Positions 8,981 to 19,142 of a stretch of 64,000 bases of DNA are shown piece by piece. The stretch comes from Vulcanimicrobiota bacterium (GTDB lineage Bacteria; Vulcanimicrobiota; Vulcanimicrobiia; Vulcanimicrobiales; Vulcanimicrobiaceae), in NCBI GenBank assembly GCA_963739845.1, contig CAVUBQ010000002.1:1129843-1193842 (forward strand), read 5' to 3'. The position numbers and the translations under genes were made by a program. Under the pieces are notes generated by a model. That model ran no database searches. It was not told where the DNA came from and saw nothing but the letters and a program-made list of their open reading frames with translations. The stretch's first letter is position 1. Each line of letters begins with the position of its first letter.

Positions 8981-11902
8981 TAACGTTACCTCCGCTCGAC
9001 AATAACGTCGTCGTTATCCGAGTGGATCCCGGCGACATTCACGTGACCGGAGACATCAACAACGGCTGTCTCGTCTTCCTCGAGAGCACCGGCGGCAACA
9101 TTACGATCGACGGCAACATCAATGGAGGCTGTCGGCTTACGCTCAAGGCTGCTAGGAACGTGTTCATCGGCGCGAGCAGCGACTCCGGCACGATCAACGG
9201 TAGCAGTCAGCTGCAGGCCGTAGCCGGCGGGTCCATCGCGATGGGCAATTCCAATGGCTCATGCACCGTCGACTTGAGCGCACACGGAGACATCACCGTG
9301 CGCGGAGATCTCAACGGCAGCTCGACTGCGCGCTACATCGCCGACGGCGACGTTACGATTACGGGCAAGATCGACGGATCGAGCCGAGCCGACCTCGTGA
9401 GCAACCACGGATCGGTGCTCATCGAAGGCAAAGTAGACGGCAGCAGTAAGGTCTGGCTCACCGCTGCCGGCGCCGTGCGAATCGGCACGACGGGCGGCGA
9501 CGACGACCGTAAGATCGCCGGCGACAGCTTCGTTTCGGCCACTTCTGGGGGCTTCATCGAGCTTGGCACGTATATCTCTAACGGTAATACGGTCGTCGAC
9601 TTTATGGCCTGCGGCAACGTCACCGTCGGAAAAGACATCTCCGGTGGCGCCACCGTGCGGCTCCTCTCCGCCACGGGCACGATCGCCGTCAGCGGTATCA
9701 TCACCGACTCAGGCACGAGCGTGCAATCGTTTCCCGCGCTCACCAACCCCAATGTCCAAAACGGCGCCAGCGCTGTCACCAAGGAGTGGGCCTCGCCCGA
9801 TCCGCTTTGCCTGGCGGAGCAACAGAACGGCTCGTGGTGGGAGAACTGGTCGCAAACGTTCGGCTACGTCGTCCCCGAGCGCGTCGTGCCGCGATCGCTC
9901 GAGGAACTCGTAGCTGTTGTCGTCGGCGCCGGAACCCCCGACATGCCCGACACGACGCCGGTGAAAGCGGTCGGCGGCGGCTGGTCGTTCACCGATGCCT
10001 CGCTACCGATCGTGCAATCCTCGGATGTCAACCGCATATCGCTTCTCTTAAAGGGCCGTCCCGCGCAGCAGGATCTCCACGACGTCTTGGACGGCCTCTC
10101 CGATGTGGCTGCCGTCCCGATGGATTTACTGCCGGGCGCCGTTATGCGTAACGTCGCGTTTTCAACCGCGTACGACCAGCAGTCGCTGCGACAGATCACG
10201 ACGAGCGGCGCCCAGTTGCCGTCGCTCGCGACGAAGGCGCGACTCATCGACACGAGGGGCCTTGCGTCCAGCCTGCAATGCGAATTTCCAAACATCCGGG
10301 CATCCATACCCGGCACCGTCGGCGTTGTTCCGCGTCCGGACCTTCTCTTTCACGTCGAGGCCGGAATTACGATGGCCGACCTGCAGCAGTTGCTCGATCA
10401 TCAGTTCCCGCGCCTGGCCTTGCGCGCCACAGGCGGATCGCCGGGCGCCACGCTGGCCGGGACGTTGTCCACGGCGACGCACGGCGGTGAGTTCAAATGG
10501 ACGTTGCTCGTCGACAGCGTGCGCGCAATCCATCTCGTTGGGCCGGGCGGCGAGCAGTGGTGGATCGAAGGGGACGAGCCGGTTGCCGACCCGGTGAAGC
10601 TGCAGCAGCGCTACCCGAAGATCGACGCGGCGCATTTTATCGGCGGAGCGTGGAGCGGCATTCCCGGGCTCAACGCGCAGGACGTGCTCAATGCCGTCAC
10701 CGTTTCGATGGGGACGATGGGCGTCATCTATTCGGTGGTCTTCGAAGTTGTGCCGCAGTTCGGAATGCGCCAAATCGTGCATCCGACTACGTGGAGCGAT
10801 CTGCTGACGACTGCCGGTATAACGGAGGACCAGCTTCGAGCTAACGATTCTGTCGCAAACACAACGCTGCTCAAGACGCTGTTAAATGGGAGCGCGAACG
10901 GTACGGGAATTCCGTTTCCCGACAACGTCTATGCGGACCTCGCGATCAACCCGATCAACAAAGACTGCTGGATACTGAATCGTCACCCTACCCCTCATAT
11001 TCCCATTGACGCAAACGCTTCGCCGGCGGCGATGAATGATTATCTGACCGCGCTCGGGCTGGCGCTGGCGCAGCACGACGATTTCCTAGGCGATAAGCTC
11101 ATGGGCCGGCATATTCGACTTTTTGCAGTGGCACACCGATCTCGGCGGTTTCATTACGCATCAGATTATCCCCGGAGACCCGCAGAAACTCTTGTCGTTC
11201 ATCACGCGCTTGCCCGACGCGCAAGTCGCAGCTGTCGCGCTAGGCGTCGTTCAGACGATGGCCAACATGGCCAACGATCCGGGCAATCCGGAGCGCGGGC
11301 TCGCCTTCTTCGGCGACCTGCTCAGCGGCTTCTTTCACGCGCTCGAAGGGACGCTACCCGGCATCAACTCCGACGCCACCGCGGTCTCCATCAAGCTGGG
11401 TGCAATAGGCTGGCCCGACACCGGCGTACCGGGGCGCGGGTTAGAGGTCGCTCTCGACGCGACTAATGCATTTAGCTTCTTGCAGACGGCGCTGTTTGAC
11501 GATGTCCTGGAAAACGTGATGCGCAACGGTAACAATCCGCTCGTAGGTTACATCTCGATCAGAGTATGTCCGCCGACCAAGACGCTCATGGGTATGCAGC
11601 AGTACTCGCCGCTCTCGGTCATGCTCGAGGTGGTAGCGTATCGTTCGCCGGAAGCCAATACGGTGATGGACGCGATCCAAGACCGCGCCGTGAATTTCCC
11701 GGGACCGGGTCCTAAACCGATGCTGCACTGGGGGTTGGAGAACGACTTGGTCACCGCGGCGCACCTCGCCGCGACGCCTTTGGGCCAAATTTACAAAGGG
11801 ACGATGACCAAACTCGACGCCTTTCGCGCGGTGCGCACGTTCCTTCGCCACGGGCACGCCCCGGTGTTCGATAACGCGTTCTCGGCCCGAATGGGCCTGT
11901 AA
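8977..11902 (+). CDS. fusion protein: N-terminal beta-helix-like repeat region plus FAD-linked oxidase (PCMH FAD-binding and ALO-like C-terminus); frame change near 11105
   Basis: About 260 aa of ~18-20 aa repeats (GDINNGCLVFLESTGGNITIDGNINGGCRLTL..). Then VKAVGGGWSFTDA, ATGGSPGATLAGTLSTATHGGEF, and the C-terminal ORF 11123..11902 (..ISIRVCPPTK..MLHWGLEN..). ATGA overlap with the upstream gene. Confidence 0.7.
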
Positions 11903-11907
11903 ACCAG

Positions 11908-13514
11908 CTAGTAATCCCGCCAGAGCATCGCCGCAATGGCGCCTTGATCTTGAAAGACGCTAACGAGATCGAGGAGTTTTGCGATCGGCACGTGGTTGAC
12001 CACGAGTTGGAACGTGAGATGGTGCCCGTTCTTGGTGGTGATGAAGCCGCCCAGCGCTTGCGCCTTGAGCTCCGGCGCTCCCGCCGCGTTGGGGCCGACG
12101 TACGTCCCCGTCTTGGCGCGGACGTTGCCGGCGGCACCCGCTAGCGTCGGGTCCGATGCGAAATCCTTGACGAATGCCAGCGAACCATCGACCCCTAACA
12201 CCGGCAGCGCATCGATGAACGCCTTGGAGGCCGGGCTCTTCGCGAGTTCGTCGAGCATTTTCGTAACGGCTACGCTTGTCGCGGTCGTTTCTCCGCCGCC
12301 GCTGCCGTCGATGAAGTGATATTGATCGGTCGCAATCCCCCAATGAGCTTGTAGGTTCTTCCGTTCGAACGCCAGCGCAGCGTCCATCGAAGGGGCGCTG
12401 TTTTTGACCCCGAGCAGCACGAGGCTGGTGTCGGCGCCGATGTTGTAGCTGATCTTCAAGATGAACTTGGCGTCTTGGCCGTAGCGCATGCCGGTAAGTT
12501 TGGCGACCTTGTTCGCCGGAGCGTACGCGCTTCGCAGCGGTAGGAGCGCGACGGGATTCTGCTGCACGACGGGCGCGGTCACGCTGACGCCGGCGGCGCG
12601 CAGCGCTTCGATAAAGACGGTGCGGGCGTAGTTCGTGGGCTGGACGATGCGCACGGTTTGCACGAGGGTCGGCTCACCGGTCAGCGGCGGCTTGAAGTCG
12701 CTCGGCAACGAACCGCGGATCGTTGCGGTGCAGCCGGGCTTGCCGATGCAGGCCGGGAGCTCCGGGTCGACCTTCAGCGTGTCCTTCGAGCCTGCGGCGC
12801 CTACGCGCAGCGCGTTGTCGACGCGCAGCGCCGCCGAGATCGGGCGCGTCGTCATGTTCGCAAGCGACCCGGGCGTCCCGCCGGGTACGATCGATGCGTC
12901 CACGACGTCGTCGTTGACGAAGATCGGCCGAACGTAAAACTGCTCGCGGAAGAAGAACGGCTGAAACAGGCGGTCGTCGATGACCACGTTTCCGGCGACG
13001 CGCCTGATTCCGGCGGCTCTGACCGAGCGCGCGAGCGCGGCGTAGCCGGCGAGCGGATTCGGCTTGGTCAAAATGGCGTTGCCCAAACCGTTGGCTTCGT
13101 TATGATCCCAGTTGCTGACGGCGATCGTTCCATCGGGATTGGTGCGGCCGCCCATCGTCAAGTCCCCTGAAGCGACCACGACCAAATTCCCGCGCAGCAG
13201 GCCGTTCGCATCGACGCTGCCCGTGCGGTAGACCGGCGTATCGTAGGTGTGATTTGGGCCGACCGCGTTGAGCAGTTGTCCGACGCTGAAGACCTTGCGA
13301 ACCGAGCCGATATAGAACTGCCGCTGAGAGTTAATATTGAAGATGACTTTATCGCCGTCGAGAACGCGCAGCCCCCAGATGCTGTTCTTGTACTTCGGTT
13401 TGTCGAAGACCGCGCGGATATCGGAAGGGACGGCTGCCGCGCGTTGCCCGGCGGGCGGCCGACCGATGCCGACGACGTGGCAAAGGTCGACAGGATCGCG
13501 GCTGCGACCAACAT
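11908..13514 (-). CDS. dacB: D-alanyl-D-alanine carboxypeptidase/endopeptidase (PBP4, peptidase S13), frame change near 13440
   Basis: IGSVRKVF (SxxK), ASGDLTMGG and VRAKTGTY (KTG). The signal peptide MLVAAAILSTFATSSA is in a different frame from the mature part (my own translation). Confidence 0.8.
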
Positions 13515-13663
13515 GGAGATGCCGCGGATGTTACGATGCGAGCGTTTGTACAATTGGATACGCCTCCGTCGCACGGCCGTTCGGCTGCTCCGTTGCGCCG
13601 GCCTTCCGCTCGCGGTCGCTCGCAACGGCAGGTGGCCGGTCGGCGGCACAAAAAGGGTTCGCA

Positions 13664-14827
13664 GTGCGGAAATATTTGCTCGCGCTCAGCGCGCTAATTC
13701 TCGGTTGTTTCGTGGTTGCGCCGAAGGCCGGAGTCGCCCAGGCGCCGGCATCGGTCTCGAGCCCTACCGTTCAGTCGGCGATCGTTGCCGCAATCGAAAA
13801 GGATCGTAAGCGCTTCGGTGGACGGACGCCGCTGCCGGCGGTCCTGATCGGCGTCTGGGATGGCAAAGGCGCCGGTTTCGTTCACGCCTTCGGGTACGCC
13901 GATCTACAGCATCGCGTTGCGCTGACGACCGCCGATCACTTTCGCGTCGGCAGCAACACGAAGACGTTTGTAATCAGCGTTCTGCTGCAGCTGGTCGGCG
14001 AGAAGAAGCTCGGCCTCGACGATCCGCTGAGCCGCTTCAATCTCGGCGTCACGATCCCGAATGCCGAAAACATTACCGTGCGCGAGCTCGCCGACATGCG
14101 AAGCGGCCTCTTTGAAGCCTACGACACGCCGCAGTTCGACCAGCTGAACTGGAAGGTGCCGAAGGATTTCGATCCGCGCATGCTCGTCCGGTGGGCGGTG
14201 GCGCAGAAGCCGTACTTCGCGCCCAATAAGGGCTACCGTTACAGCAACACCAACTATCTGCTCCTGGGCCTGATCATCGAGAACCTTACGCACGACACGG
14301 TAGGAAACGAGATTCGCAAGCGGCTGCTGGTGCCGTTTGGATTGACGCAGACGTCGTTCCCGGCTACCGAGGAGATGCCGAGCCCCTGGGCACGCGGTTA
14401 CGAACTCGACAAGCAGCGCAACTGGCAAGACGTGAGCAACACCGTTCCCGTCGCGTTCATGTGGTCGGCCGGCGCGATGATCTCGGATATGGCCGACATC
14501 CGGCGCTGGATCAAGCTCTATGCGACCGGCCAGGCGAGCGGTGCGGCGACGTATCGCGACCTGATCAACTGCATCCCGTTCCTGGGGAACACCTCGTTCG
14601 GCTTAGGGATTACGTGCAGCGAGGGCTGGTACGGCTACACCGGCGCGCTCCCGGGCTACAACACGGCCGACTACTACTCGCCCAAGACCGGCATCACGAT
14701 CCTCGCGTGGACGACCTATCAAGCGCCGGAGCCGGTAGAAGGCGTGGCGAGCGTGATGGTCCGCGACATCGCTCGAATCCTAACTCCGACACACGTCCCG
14801 TTCGTATACGGCTCGATCAAACCGTAG
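13664..14827 (+). CDS. serine hydrolase (beta-lactamase / DD-peptidase family)
   Basis: GTG start with signal peptide VRKYLLALSALILGCFVVAPKAGVAQA. GSNTKTF (SxxK) and YRYSNTNY (YxN). The upstream part of ORF 13337.. is antisense to dacB. Confidence 0.8.
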   Translation: MRKYLLALSALILGCFVVAPKAGVAQAPASVSSPTVQSAIVAAIEKDRKRFGGRTPLPAVLIGVWDGKGAGFVHAFGYADLQHRVALTTADHFRVGSNTKTFVISVLLQLVGEKKLGLDDPLSRFNLGVTIPNAENITVRELADMRSGLFEAYDTPQFDQLNWKVPKDFDPRMLVRWAVAQKPYFAPNKGYRYSNTNYLLLGLIIENLTHDTVGNEIRKRLLVPFGLTQTSFPATEEMPSPWARGYELDKQRNWQDVSNTVPVAFMWSAGAMISDMADIRRWIKLYATGQASGAATYRDLINCIPFLGNTSFGLGITCSEGWYGYTGALPGYNTADYYSPKTGITILAWTTYQAPEPVEGVASVMVRDIARILTPTHVPFVYGSIKP

Positions 14828-14864
14828 TCACGGCGGGCGCCCTTCGGGCGTTTTTGCCGGTAAC

Positions 14865-15350
14865 GTGGGAGCATCTCGATTCATCCGCGCGGCGCTTGCC
14901 GGCGCGATCGTGGGACTGGTTACGATTACGCTCTACCTCATCGTGGAGCGCGCCATCGCGGAGCACCTTCCGGTCACGCTTACATTAAAGCAGCTGATGC
15001 TCTGGGACGCATCGAACGCCTATGGTGCCGCAGCATTCGAGGGCGGATGGCCGATGTCACTGATCGGACTGGCGATGGATTTCGCCGTCTCGCTGGTGTG
15101 GGCAGTCGTTTTTACATTTCTCTACCTTCGCATCCCCGGCGTACGGCGCAGCGTGGTTGTTTCAGGCCTCGCCTTCGGGGCCGTGGTGATGCTCGTTATG
15201 CTCTACGCCGTTGTGCCGATCGGACACGCGATGCGGATGTCGAGTACGCCGGCGCATATCCTCAACGTTCTTATTGCGCATACCGTCTTCTTCGGGTTAC
15301 CGCTTGCCTTGACGGTCCGTACTGTGGTTGGCTCCCAGCTAACGGCGTAG
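14865..15350 (+). CDS. hypothetical membrane protein (about 4 TM)
   Basis: 161-aa ORF with hydrophobic segments. No family recognised. Confidence 0.5.
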   Translation: MGASRFIRAALAGAIVGLVTITLYLIVERAIAEHLPVTLTLKQLMLWDASNAYGAAAFEGGWPMSLIGLAMDFAVSLVWAVVFTFLYLRIPGVRRSVVVSGLAFGAVVMLVMLYAVVPIGHAMRMSSTPAHILNVLIAHTVFFGLPLALTVRTVVGSQLTA

Positions 15351-15552
15351 GCAACGCGAACCATTGCTTCACGGAGCCTGAACCTGAGCGACCGGGCCGG
15401 GCTGGCCGGCTGTTCCGGAAGCGATTACCAGATGTCCGCAATGCAAGGCGCGTTAAGCACCGCGATCAGGGCTGAAGCGTCCTCGGGCTAAGCCGAAGCT
15501 AAGTCAAAAAAGCACGTCTGGGAACGGTGCCCCGGAAAAGTGAGCGGAAATT

Positions 15553-15712
15553 TGGTAACGGCAACGGGAATCGAACCCGCGAATCGGGGCCCCGGCCGCG
15601 ACCGTCGACTACCGAATGGTCCTTTCGTGTATGGGCTTTCGCGGTTTCGAGTCCCGGCGAGTCTTGCGTAGTCCGTTAGATCGGCATTACAAGGAGCCGG
15701 CGCTGCCACCGT
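15553..15712 (-). ncRNA. tmRNA (ssrA)-like 3' portion with a tRNA-like end; intact or fragment is unresolved
   Basis: The minus strand ends ..GAUUCGCGGGUUCGAUUCCCGUUGCCGUUACCA, which is T arm GCGGG-UUCGAUU-CCCGU, a 7-nt acceptor strand, A, then CCA. GGUAGUCGACGGU lies before it, as in the E. coli tmRNA 3' region. At 15656-15685, GCC GAU CUA ACG GAC UAC GCA AGA CUC GCC resembles the mycobacterial tag ADSHQRDYALAA, but has no in-frame stop. Confidence 0.4.
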
Positions 15713-15778
15713 CGCTCTCGGAAAGGTTCCGACTCATTCCTGCAGAAGTGATTTTCATTCCCATGCTTTAGTGAGGAG

Positions 15779-16027
15779 ATGCCTTCAATGGACGCTAAAT
15801 CGCCTGAAGTTATGGCTCTAATAGAGAAGCTGAAATCGAATCACACGCCGCTAAAAGATAGTACGACAGTTCACGAGGACTGGAGCATCATCTTTAGCAG
15901 CAAGCACTATGTCCTTATTATAAAAACCGATCCACCCATTGAACCAACCAAGAGCTTCGAGATTCGCGGCAAACACCTTACTGCAGACAGCACGGTTGCT
16001 GATGTCGTTGCCGCTCTGAAACTCTAA
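15779..16027 (+). CDS. hypothetical small protein (lower-GC cassette)
   Basis: 82-aa ORF in a visibly lower-GC block. No family recognised. Its 5' end overlaps the possible tmRNA-like 5' segment. Confidence 0.4.
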   Translation: MPSMDAKSPEVMALIEKLKSNHTPLKDSTTVHEDWSIIFSSKHYVLIIKTDPPIEPTKSFEIRGKHLTADSTVADVVAALKL

Positions 16028-16033
16028 CGTCTA

Positions 16034-16060
16034 GCGGAGGGCGAACTTCCGCCCTCCCGC
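16034..16060 (+). terminator. GC-rich hairpin between the two cassette ORFs (attenuator or terminator candidate)
   Basis: GGAGGGCG-aacttc-CGCCCTCC is an 8-bp perfect stem. It is followed by atatat rather than a clean T-run. Confidence 0.3.
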
Positions 16061-16105
16061 CATATATCGAAAGTCACCTGACCTTTAGATCGAGCTGCGC
16101 CATTT

Positions 16106-17233
16106 ATGAACAGCACTTCCGCCCTCGAAGACACCTTGGCTTCAGCGACTCGAAATCTCGATAAGTGGATAGCACAGAACCTGGATCATTTCTCCCCTCT
16201 CGGCGGAGAAGAGGGAGACAAGCTCTGTTACAAGTTGAAAGCATTTGACGAGCTTTGTATGTACCTGTCTATCGGCGACGAGCGCACGAGCGCGCCCGTT
16301 CCACGAGAGATTCGTGACTTCGCCAGCTCCGTGTGTGTAAACCCCCGTTATCTATCAACCGTTGTCTCGTCGCCTCGAGAACTTCTCCTTTACATCTATC
16401 CAATCATATACATGGTCCGGAATCGCTTACCGTCGTGGCGCGAAATGAGGGCGTATGCGATATCGGTAATTTCCAGCGACTTGTTCTTTTCGACGGAACG
16501 TCTTCCGTGTCGACTATTGGACGCTTTGTTCTGCCTTTGGCAACTCGATCCAGGAAATGAGCGGCTGAGTCTTTTTGGAAATGCATGGTCTGTCGGGAGC
16601 GGCGCGCATCCTCCCCATGCCGGTTGGAGTACGGCTTCTGAGTATTATACGTACACGCACAGTATATTTTTTGGGACTAAGCTTGGGCTGGATTCACACG
16701 GCTATGACCTTAGCGGCAAAAATGCGCAAAGCGAGGACGCGGTCGAATTCGGGATCCTCAGGTTTCTTTCCGAATCAAACATCGATATAGCCTTAGAGCT
16801 AGTGTTGTGCCAGATGTTGCTAAAGCATAAAGATACGATCGGGGGGTCGGCCCTGTGTCTCTCCCATTTGTTTGCAGATATAGACCTCCATGGATATGCG
16901 GTTGGTCCGACGCCTGCGGGCGTTGATCTTTTTAGCGACTCCGAGAAGACCTGGTTTTGCAATTACCATACATCCCTGGTCGCGGCGATAGCGCTTCGTT
17001 ACGCCCAAGGGCGGTATCTGCCGGATTTTATTCATTCTTTGGAACGGCGGGGGGCTTCAAATATGAAGCTCTCTACGCTTTTCGAGGTAGGCTCGATATT
17101 TAAGCGGATGGCGTCCGGCGAAATGACGCTGAGCGGCGCGCAAGACACGCTTGCCGATCTTCACCATGCTTTTGGCCTGGAGTTCGCTGGACGAATCCAA
17201 CGCTACTTACATATGCTTTCGGAGTTTATCTGA
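16106..17233 (+). CDS. hypothetical protein, 375 aa, mostly helical; unknown function (lower-GC cassette)
   Basis: Long uninterrupted ORF in roughly 50 percent GC DNA. No motif I can assign with confidence. Confidence 0.7.
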   Translation: MNSTSALEDTLASATRNLDKWIAQNLDHFSPLGGEEGDKLCYKLKAFDELCMYLSIGDERTSAPVPREIRDFASSVCVNPRYLSTVVSSPRELLLYIYPIIYMVRNRLPSWREMRAYAISVISSDLFFSTERLPCRLLDALFCLWQLDPGNERLSLFGNAWSVGSGAHPPHAGWSTASEYYTYTHSIFFGTKLGLDSHGYDLSGKNAQSEDAVEFGILRFLSESNIDIALELVLCQMLLKHKDTIGGSALCLSHLFADIDLHGYAVGPTPAGVDLFSDSEKTWFCNYHTSLVAAIALRYAQGRYLPDFIHSLERRGASNMKLSTLFEVGSIFKRMASGEMTLSGAQDTLADLHHAFGLEFAGRIQRYLHMLSEFI

Positions 17234-17239
17234 ACGCGT

Positions 17240-17670
17240 TTCCCGGTTGCCACTTGAGACGTAAATCTCGTCGATGCCGAGCAACCGAGGCGTCTCCAAC
17301 TGTGTCCGCACCCAACGCGCGGCGATCGCGGCCGAGAAACTTCACGCGCCACGGGGCATGTACAGCGAAGCGCACGATCTGGTCTTTCCCGATCCGACCG
17401 GACGGCCGACGCCGGCTGCACGCCTTTCGCGACGTCTTCATCAGCGCGGCTTGTCGTGCTGGGATCCAGAGTGCATCGTTCCACACGCGGCGCCATTCAA
17501 GCGCGACGTGGATGCTGGCTCAGGGCGCAGCCGTACATTCTGTTCAAGCAGTACTCGGCCATAGCGTGCCGTCGACGACCTTAAACGTTTATGGCCACGT
17601 TGTTGCGGATCTTCAAGCCCGCGCCGTTGCGACGCTCGACGCCGGGTTCGGCAAGCAAAAAGGAGCCTAG
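17240..17670 (+). pseudogene. tyrosine recombinase (phage-type integrase), C-terminal catalytic fragment with frameshifts
   Basis: DLVFPDPTGRP in ORF 17274.., then AGIQSASFHTRRHSSATWMLAQGAAVHSVQAVLGHSVPSTTLNVYGHV in ORF 17254.. (HxxR, LGH and Y contexts). No N-terminal domain is present. Confidence 0.75.
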
Positions 17671-17765
17671 CAGCCAACTATGGCTACCATTGATAACGTC
17701 AAGCGCTCTGGCGCAGAGTGCAGGTGCGACGGAAACCCGTGAAATATATGCGTTTCCTTACTCGT

Positions 17766-17859
17766 GGGAGTGTACGGGTCTGGTGGCCCGCACGGTCTTC
17801 AAAATCGCTGAGGTCGCCGCAAGGCGACTGGTAGGTTCGATTCCTACACGCTCCCGCCA
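17766..17859 (+). tRNA. selC: tRNA-Sec (anticodon UCA)
   Basis: Hand fold: 8-bp acceptor GGGAGUGU/ACGCUCCC; 6-bp D stem CGGGUC/GGCCCG with 4-nt loop UGGU; anticodon loop CUUCAAA; long variable arm GUCGCC-GCAA-GGCGAC; T arm GUAGG-UUCGAUU-CCUAC; discriminator G; encoded CCA. Confidence 0.85.
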
Positions 17860-18095
17860 GATTTGAGCGCAAATCGCCCTGTAGAATGGCCCCATTGGTC
17901 ACGAATGGGTCACGAAGGTGGCGAGCTGGGAGTCTCCGCGCGCAGCGACGAGGGGCCGGCGATGTGGCCACTGGGGCCTTGGATCAAGCGAATAAGAAGC
18001 ATTTGTGCGAGACCTCTTGGCCTTCCCGAGATTTTCTTAGTGTTCGCCTACGGTAGGTACGGGCGGTCCCCGAACCGCAGGAAAGGATCCTGACC

Positions 18096-19142
18096 ATGTT
18101 TCTACCACACCTTAAATATACGGTCGCTGCGGTGACAGTGATCTTGCTGTTTACGAGCTGTGCGGGCGGATCATCGACAACACCGCTCGCGTCCCAACAG
18201 AATCAGTCGCACGCTGGAAAGCGCGCTACGTCGCCATGCCCCTGCCTCTACGTTGCGAACACCAGAGTCTCGACCGTAACCGTCTATGCGGAAGGCGCAA
18301 CCGGCGATGCGACGCCGATCCAGGATATCAGCGGCCGCGACACCGGACTGCAGGGGCCAAGCGATGTTGCCGTAGACGCCAGTGGCAACATCTACGTCGC
18401 GAACGGCGCAGGTAACTCGGTAACGGTCTATGCCGCGGGTGCTACCGGCAACGTCGCACCGATACAGGACATCAGCGGCTCTATGACCGGGCTGCACAAT
18501 CCGGCTGGCCTCGCCTTGGATCCTCTAAATGGCGACATCTATGTCGCTTCGGAGACGAGCAACCTGCACGGCGGCAAGATCACAATCTACCCCTCCGGTT
18601 CGACCGGCAACATCCCCCCGACCGGAGTCATCGAGGGCAGTCGCACCGCGATGGACTTGCCGGCCGCACTCACATTCAACGCAACCGGCAAAATCTACGT
18701 TCCGAACGCTAACGGCAACTCCGTGACGATTTACGGGGCGAGTGCGCACGGCGACTCTGCGCCAATAAGGTCCATCAGCGGCTCTAACACCGGATTGGAG
18801 TTTCCCCAACAAATCGCTCTGGATACCCAGAGAAGAATCTACGTGGCGAACCACCCCAACGGCACATTCCTTGGGTCCGTAACTGTCTACGCCGTGCTCG
18901 CAAACGGCAATGTCGCGCCGATCCGAACCATTGCCGGAAGGAGGACGAACCTGTACAACGACGAGGGCATCGCCGTGGACGGCAGTGGCCACATCTATGT
19001 AGCGAACGGGGGGAACCTGGGTTCGATAGCCAGCAGCGTGACCGTCTATATCGCGCACGCAAACGGCAACGTCGCGCCGATCAATACCATCAGCGGCCCG
19101 AATACCGGACTGGTTGTACCGGTCGGAATCGCCATTCGCTAA
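18096..19142 (+). CDS. lipoprotein with NHL-like beta-propeller repeats
   Basis: Signal and lipobox (..LLFTSCAGG). About 6 repeats of the type IYVAN..GNSVTVYA.GATGNVAPI..ISG..TGL..P.G.A.D. Confidence 0.7.
   Translation: MFLPHLKYTVAAVTVILLFTSCAGGSSTTPLASQQNQSHAGKRATSPCPCLYVANTRVSTVTVYAEGATGDATPIQDISGRDTGLQGPSDVAVDASGNIYVANGAGNSVTVYAAGATGNVAPIQDISGSMTGLHNPAGLALDPLNGDIYVASETSNLHGGKITIYPSGSTGNIPPTGVIEGSRTAMDLPAALTFNATGKIYVPNANGNSVTIYGASAHGDSAPIRSISGSNTGLEFPQQIALDTQRRIYVANHPNGTFLGSVTVYAVLANGNVAPIRTIAGRRTNLYNDEGIAVDGSGHIYVANGGNLGSIASSVTVYIAHANGNVAPINTISGPNTGLVVPVGIAIR

Noticed and set aside
15553-15640. The T arm plus ACCA end, read as an ordinary tRNA gene.
   Set aside because: No 5' acceptor strand, D arm or anticodon arm can be placed within 75-95 nt. 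The nearest complementary 7-mer is ~300 nt away.
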